Shown: one piece after another, positions 60,671-64,000 of the stretch
How the letters are laid out: each line of letters begins with the position of its first letter
Position numbering within the stretch: position 1 is the stretch's first letter
Origin: Shigella phage pSb-1
Sequence record: KF620435
Length of the DNA stretch: 64,000 nt
Direction: 5' to 3' (one strand)
Position numbers and translations under genes: made by a program
Notes under the pieces: generated by a model
The model's input: the letters and a program-made list of their open reading frames with translations, nothing else
Databases searched by the model: none
Told to the model about the DNA's origin: nothing

Positions 60671-63370
60671 CTACCTGGCAGCAGGCTTGTCCAGACGTGA
60701 ATCCAATGGGGTAACTTTCACATGAGAAACATTAAGCTCCGGGTAAGCCGTAGCAAGTGCGTTAGCAATATCAGCTACGGTCTTGGCTTCCAGTCCTACT
60801 TGCTGGGCAAACTTAACCGACTTGGTATCATACGGATTGACACCGAGGCCAGTACGACTACGTACCCATTCACGCGAAGGAGTAAGAGCCTGATAATGGA
60901 CAGACTTATTCTTATCCGCATTCCCAGAAATCAAATGCTCATTCAACGCTCCGACCTTATTCTGCATGTGCTGGGCGAACTTCATAAAGTCGTCGAGATA
61001 AGCGGAAGCCAGGTCGAAGTTACCAGAGTTGTACGCAGAACGAATGCGTTTAGCATGTTGCAACGCAGAGTACTGGCCTTCATTAGAACGAGATTCGTCG
61101 GTTTTAATCTGTTTACTAACAATGTCCTGAGGACGTAAGCCTAGTTCTTCTGCTTTAGCATCAAATTCTCGTGCTCCTTGCAATAGAGCAGCAGCAGATT
61201 GCAGGGCAGCACGCTGACGATTCCCCAGTGTAATCTTACCTTCACTTGCATGTTTCAGAACCATGTTCACTGAATCTGCATCCAGTACTTCTGGAGACAT
61301 ATCAGCAGCCATAGCAATGTTGTTTGCCTGGGCTTGGTTAGCTTCTTCAGTAGCTTTCAATTTACCTGCTTCAGCCTGTTCCTGAATCATGGAATGGATG
61401 GCACGGAATGCACGAAGTACCTTCGGTGTATTCTGAACGTTAGCCATCAGGCCAGAGAACTGGTCTACGATTGCAGCAGCAGGAGAGCCTTGTTCCAGAT
61501 TAGCCAATGCACCCGGGTCACGGTTGATGAAGCTATCCATAGACATGATATTGTCATACATCTGGATTGCAGCTTCCATTTGAACGTTAGGGTCTTCAGC
61601 AGTATTAACCAAGTCAGCCATCTTCTGAATAGCTTCAACACGGTTAGTGGAACCAGAAACAGCTTCACGGATTACTGGGCTAGCTTGTTCCAGTTCTACT
61701 GGATCAAACTTCATTACCTGAGTTAGGTCAGCAGCATACTGAGTAGCAGCAGCTTTCTCTTCTGGAGAAATGTCCATTGCATCTACTGCTTCCTGAACAG
61801 TTGCTTGGGCCTGCTCTGCCTGAGCAGTAGCTTCCTGTGCAGCAGCATTAACCGTAGCATCAGATACAGGGGATGCTTGTTCATTACGCTTAGCAACTTC
61901 TTCCCCACGTTGAACCAGAATGTTAGTAATAGGAGAAGCTGCTTTTGCTAGTGCTTTACCAGCCAGAGAAGCACCAGCCAGGGTAGTACGTACAGCAGGA
62001 CCAACGGCAGCACCAGCAGCTTTAACAGTTGCACCAGGAGCTTGAGCAACTCCAGCAGAACCGAAGCCATACAATGCACCAAGCCCAGTTTGTTCACCCA
62101 CACCTTTAAGCAGATCACGTTTAGCATCTACATTACCCTGAATTGCCTTGTTCTGTGCAAGCTGGCTAGTACCAGACTGGATACCTTCTTCTACGGTTTC
62201 ACGAAGCATGTTAGAACCAGCACCAGCCAGTGAACCTACCTTAAGTGGGTTAAGTTCAAACTTAGATACCAGTGGACCAGTAAGAGCAGCAACTGGAGCA
62301 GTTAAGCCAGCAGCAGTGATACCTGTTTCAGATGCAGTCTGACGACGTGCTTCTTCAGGAGATAAACCATCTTTAATATGCTGTTGGTATACAGGAGATT
62401 TAGCAGCTAGTTCACTGAATGGCATTTCCATAATTTCATTGGCAGTCTGTTGGTATGCACCACCAGCTTCCATACCACCGATTGCTATAGCAGGAGCAGC
62501 AACACGACCAGCAGACTGTGCAATACGTGCAGGACGTGAACCTAACTCAGCAGCTAGGGTAATACCCTTAACAGCTTTATCCCCACCTACCATTACTTTA
62601 CCAAGTGCAGATACACCACGGATAAGTGGACCACCAGTAAACAGGGAACCAACACCTTCAGCCAGACCATCTGTAGCAGCCATACCATTGGACAAAGTGT
62701 TAGCAACAGAATCATAAGCATCACGACCAATACGAGATAAGGAAGCAACGAGTTCACTTTCTCCTTTATCAATATCCTGCTTATACTGTTTCTCATTTTC
62801 CTGTGCAGATATTACGTTCTGGTTCTGTACTACATTACGTCGTGCATTAAGTGCATCAGATTGTAAGTTGTGTACACCTTTGTTCAACCAATCAAGACCG
62901 GAAGCAATGGATGCCCCGGCATTATCATTGACCAAGCCTGTGCCAAGAGCAGCAATGCCCCCAAGGGTATTAGCAACACCAAGACCAACACCAGAAAGGG
63001 TATCACCAAGTGCTTCACCATATGTACGACTCTTAGTTAAATCACGACGAACAGCATTAGCTGCATTGACACGAGCATTGAGGATATCCATCCCTTGCTC
63101 ATTGCCATATTTGTTTATGATTTCAAGAGGAGAGGCATTAGTAAAATCTGCCTGAATAGAACCTGGGTCAAATGCACCAGCACCTAAATCACCGGCACGG
63201 CCTGCCTGTAATTGGTAGGCGTTCTGTGGGGTTAGTTGGAAAGGGCTTTGCCCTTGTTCAGCTTGTTTCCGAGAGGTTGCAGTAGAGACATCGACTTGCT
63301 TAGCAGTAGTGATGCTGTCTGCGAAACCTGCCAGACGGTCAAATGTTGACATAGCATGATTCCTGTTCAA
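60671..63370 (-). CDS. virion RNA polymerase, N-terminal region (frame-broken from core)
   Basis: 899-aa Gly/Ala-rich ORF ending in TAG; core ORF frame is open upstream past this stop with 1-nt offset. Confidence 0.5.
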   Translation of the reverse strand: MNRNHAMSTFDRLAGFADSITTAKQVDVSTATSRKQAEQGQSPFQLTPQNAYQLQAGRAGDLGAGAFDPGSIQADFTNASPLEIINKYGNEQGMDILNARVNAANAVRRDLTKSRTYGEALGDTLSGVGLGVANTLGGIAALGTGLVNDNAGASIASGLDWLNKGVHNLQSDALNARRNVVQNQNVISAQENEKQYKQDIDKGESELVASLSRIGRDAYDSVANTLSNGMAATDGLAEGVGSLFTGGPLIRGVSALGKVMVGGDKAVKGITLAAELGSRPARIAQSAGRVAAPAIAIGGMEAGGAYQQTANEIMEMPFSELAAKSPVYQQHIKDGLSPEEARRQTASETGITAAGLTAPVAALTGPLVSKFELNPLKVGSLAGAGSNMLRETVEEGIQSGTSQLAQNKAIQGNVDAKRDLLKGVGEQTGLGALYGFGSAGVAQAPGATVKAAGAAVGPAVRTTLAGASLAGKALAKAASPITNILVQRGEEVAKRNEQASPVSDATVNAAAQEATAQAEQAQATVQEAVDAMDISPEEKAAATQYAADLTQVMKFDPVELEQASPVIREAVSGSTNRVEAIQKMADLVNTAEDPNVQMEAAIQMYDNIMSMDSFINRDPGALANLEQGSPAAAIVDQFSGLMANVQNTPKVLRAFRAIHSMIQEQAEAGKLKATEEANQAQANNIAMAADMSPEVLDADSVNMVLKHASEGKITLGNRQRAALQSAAALLQGAREFDAKAEELGLRPQDIVSKQIKTDESRSNEGQYSALQHAKRIRSAYNSGNFDLASAYLDDFMKFAQHMQNKVGALNEHLISGNADKNKSVHYQALTPSREWVRSRTGLGVNPYDTKSVKFAQQVGLEAKTVADIANALATAYPELNVSHVKVTPLDSRLDKPAAR

Positions 63371-63420
63371 ACTTATATCGTATAAGAAGATTCACTGTAC
63401 AGTAAGTGAATGTAAGAGAA

Positions 63421-63438
63421 AAGCCCCGGATGGGGCTT
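63421..63438 (-). terminator. hairpin with downstream T-rich tract on minus strand
   Basis: AAGCCCC-GGAT-GGGGCTT between 63456-63929 gene and vRNAP start. Confidence 0.45.
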
Positions 63439-63455
63439 TATTAGTATGTAAGATT

Positions 63456-63929
63456 TTATCGAGGTTGCATATAGGGAGGTAAACCCTCTGCTAATTTTCG
63501 ATAACGTTTAGCTCGTTCTTCATCTTCACGACTACGCTCACGCTCTACTGAAGCATTAGAACGGAAGTTCTGTGGAACCAGATTTCCCTGGTTAGCTACC
63601 ACAGTATTAACAGCAGCATCCAGTGCAGCACGTGCTCTTACTAACTCAGCCTCACGAGCAGGGATAGTAGCAGCAAGTCCACTTTGCCCAGCAGCTACGC
63701 GACGACGAGTATCAGCAAGCAAGGCTTCTGCTTGGTTTACCTGGTTCTGAGCATTTTCAATATTGCCCTGTACCTGAGTAAGAACATTATCACGAGCAGT
63801 AGCTTCAATGCCTTCTCCTCGTCGTACTGAACGTGCTAGTTCTCTGGCAACGGTATCATCAATACGAATACCACCACCACCTTCATTGGAGATGAATGGG
63901 TTAAGTGCATCAAGTGCTCGACTAATCAT
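63456..63929 (-). CDS. hypothetical virion/late protein upstream of vRNAP
   Basis: 157-aa ORF, Arg/Ala/Glu-rich. Confidence 0.4.
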   Translation of the reverse strand: MISRALDALNPFISNEGGGGIRIDDTVARELARSVRRGEGIEATARDNVLTQVQGNIENAQNQVNQAEALLADTRRRVAAGQSGLAATIPAREAELVRARAALDAAVNTVVANQGNLVPQNFRSNASVERERSREDEERAKRYRKLAEGLPPYMQPR

Positions 63930-64000
63930 ACCTTCCGGTACGTTGGTGGTAGACTGCTTAAGGATCTCGGCAGCTACAGCTGGAGACTGTCCTGATTCCT

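Noticed and set aside
6095-60700. Stop-codon reassignment or suppressor-tRNA recoding as explanation for interrupted genes
   Set aside because: The interruptions are frame changes, not in-frame stops; downstream frames are already open upstream of the breaks.
1-64000. Prophage or integrative element features (integrase, att sites, repressor)
   Set aside because: No tyrosine/serine recombinase motifs or flanking direct repeats noticed; the gene set is that of a strictly lytic N4-like phage.
1-64000. CRISPR array or long tandem repeats
   Set aside because: No regularly spaced direct repeats seen; repeated elements are short terminator stems.

Overview
This window reads as most of an N4-like (Schitoviridae-type) lytic podophage genome. 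Layout: (1) a minus-strand late block at 1-14039 with portal, a lysis cassette (two membrane proteins, SAR-type GH108 endolysin, Rz with embedded Rz1), beta-helix tailspike/fibre genes and terminase; (2) a 36-kb plus-strand early/middle block at 14211-50421 with six tandem paralogous early proteins, many small host-takeover ORFs, the two-subunit T7-like RNAP II, three HNH endonucleases, an AAA+ ATPase/metallopeptidase/VWA module, dCTP deaminase, ThyX, rIIA/rIIB-like proteins, Dda-like helicase, family-A DNA polymerase, primase, RecA-like ATPase, SSB and a RuvC-like resolvase, punctuated by many intrinsic terminators; (3) a tRNA-like cluster at 50.8-51.6 kb; (4) a minus-strand giant virion RNA polymerase (vRNAP) at 52564-63370, annotated as three abutting ORFs. 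The dominant anomaly is that at least twelve essential genes are broken at junctions that each fit a single missing base, so the sequence is either an indel-rich assembly or a degraded genome. Other points of interest are a probable endonuclease-bearing group I intron inside the AAA+ ATPase gene, the early paralogue array, and candidate hairpin promoters near the probable genome-end junction. All calls rest on by-eye motif reading; no searches or folding were run.
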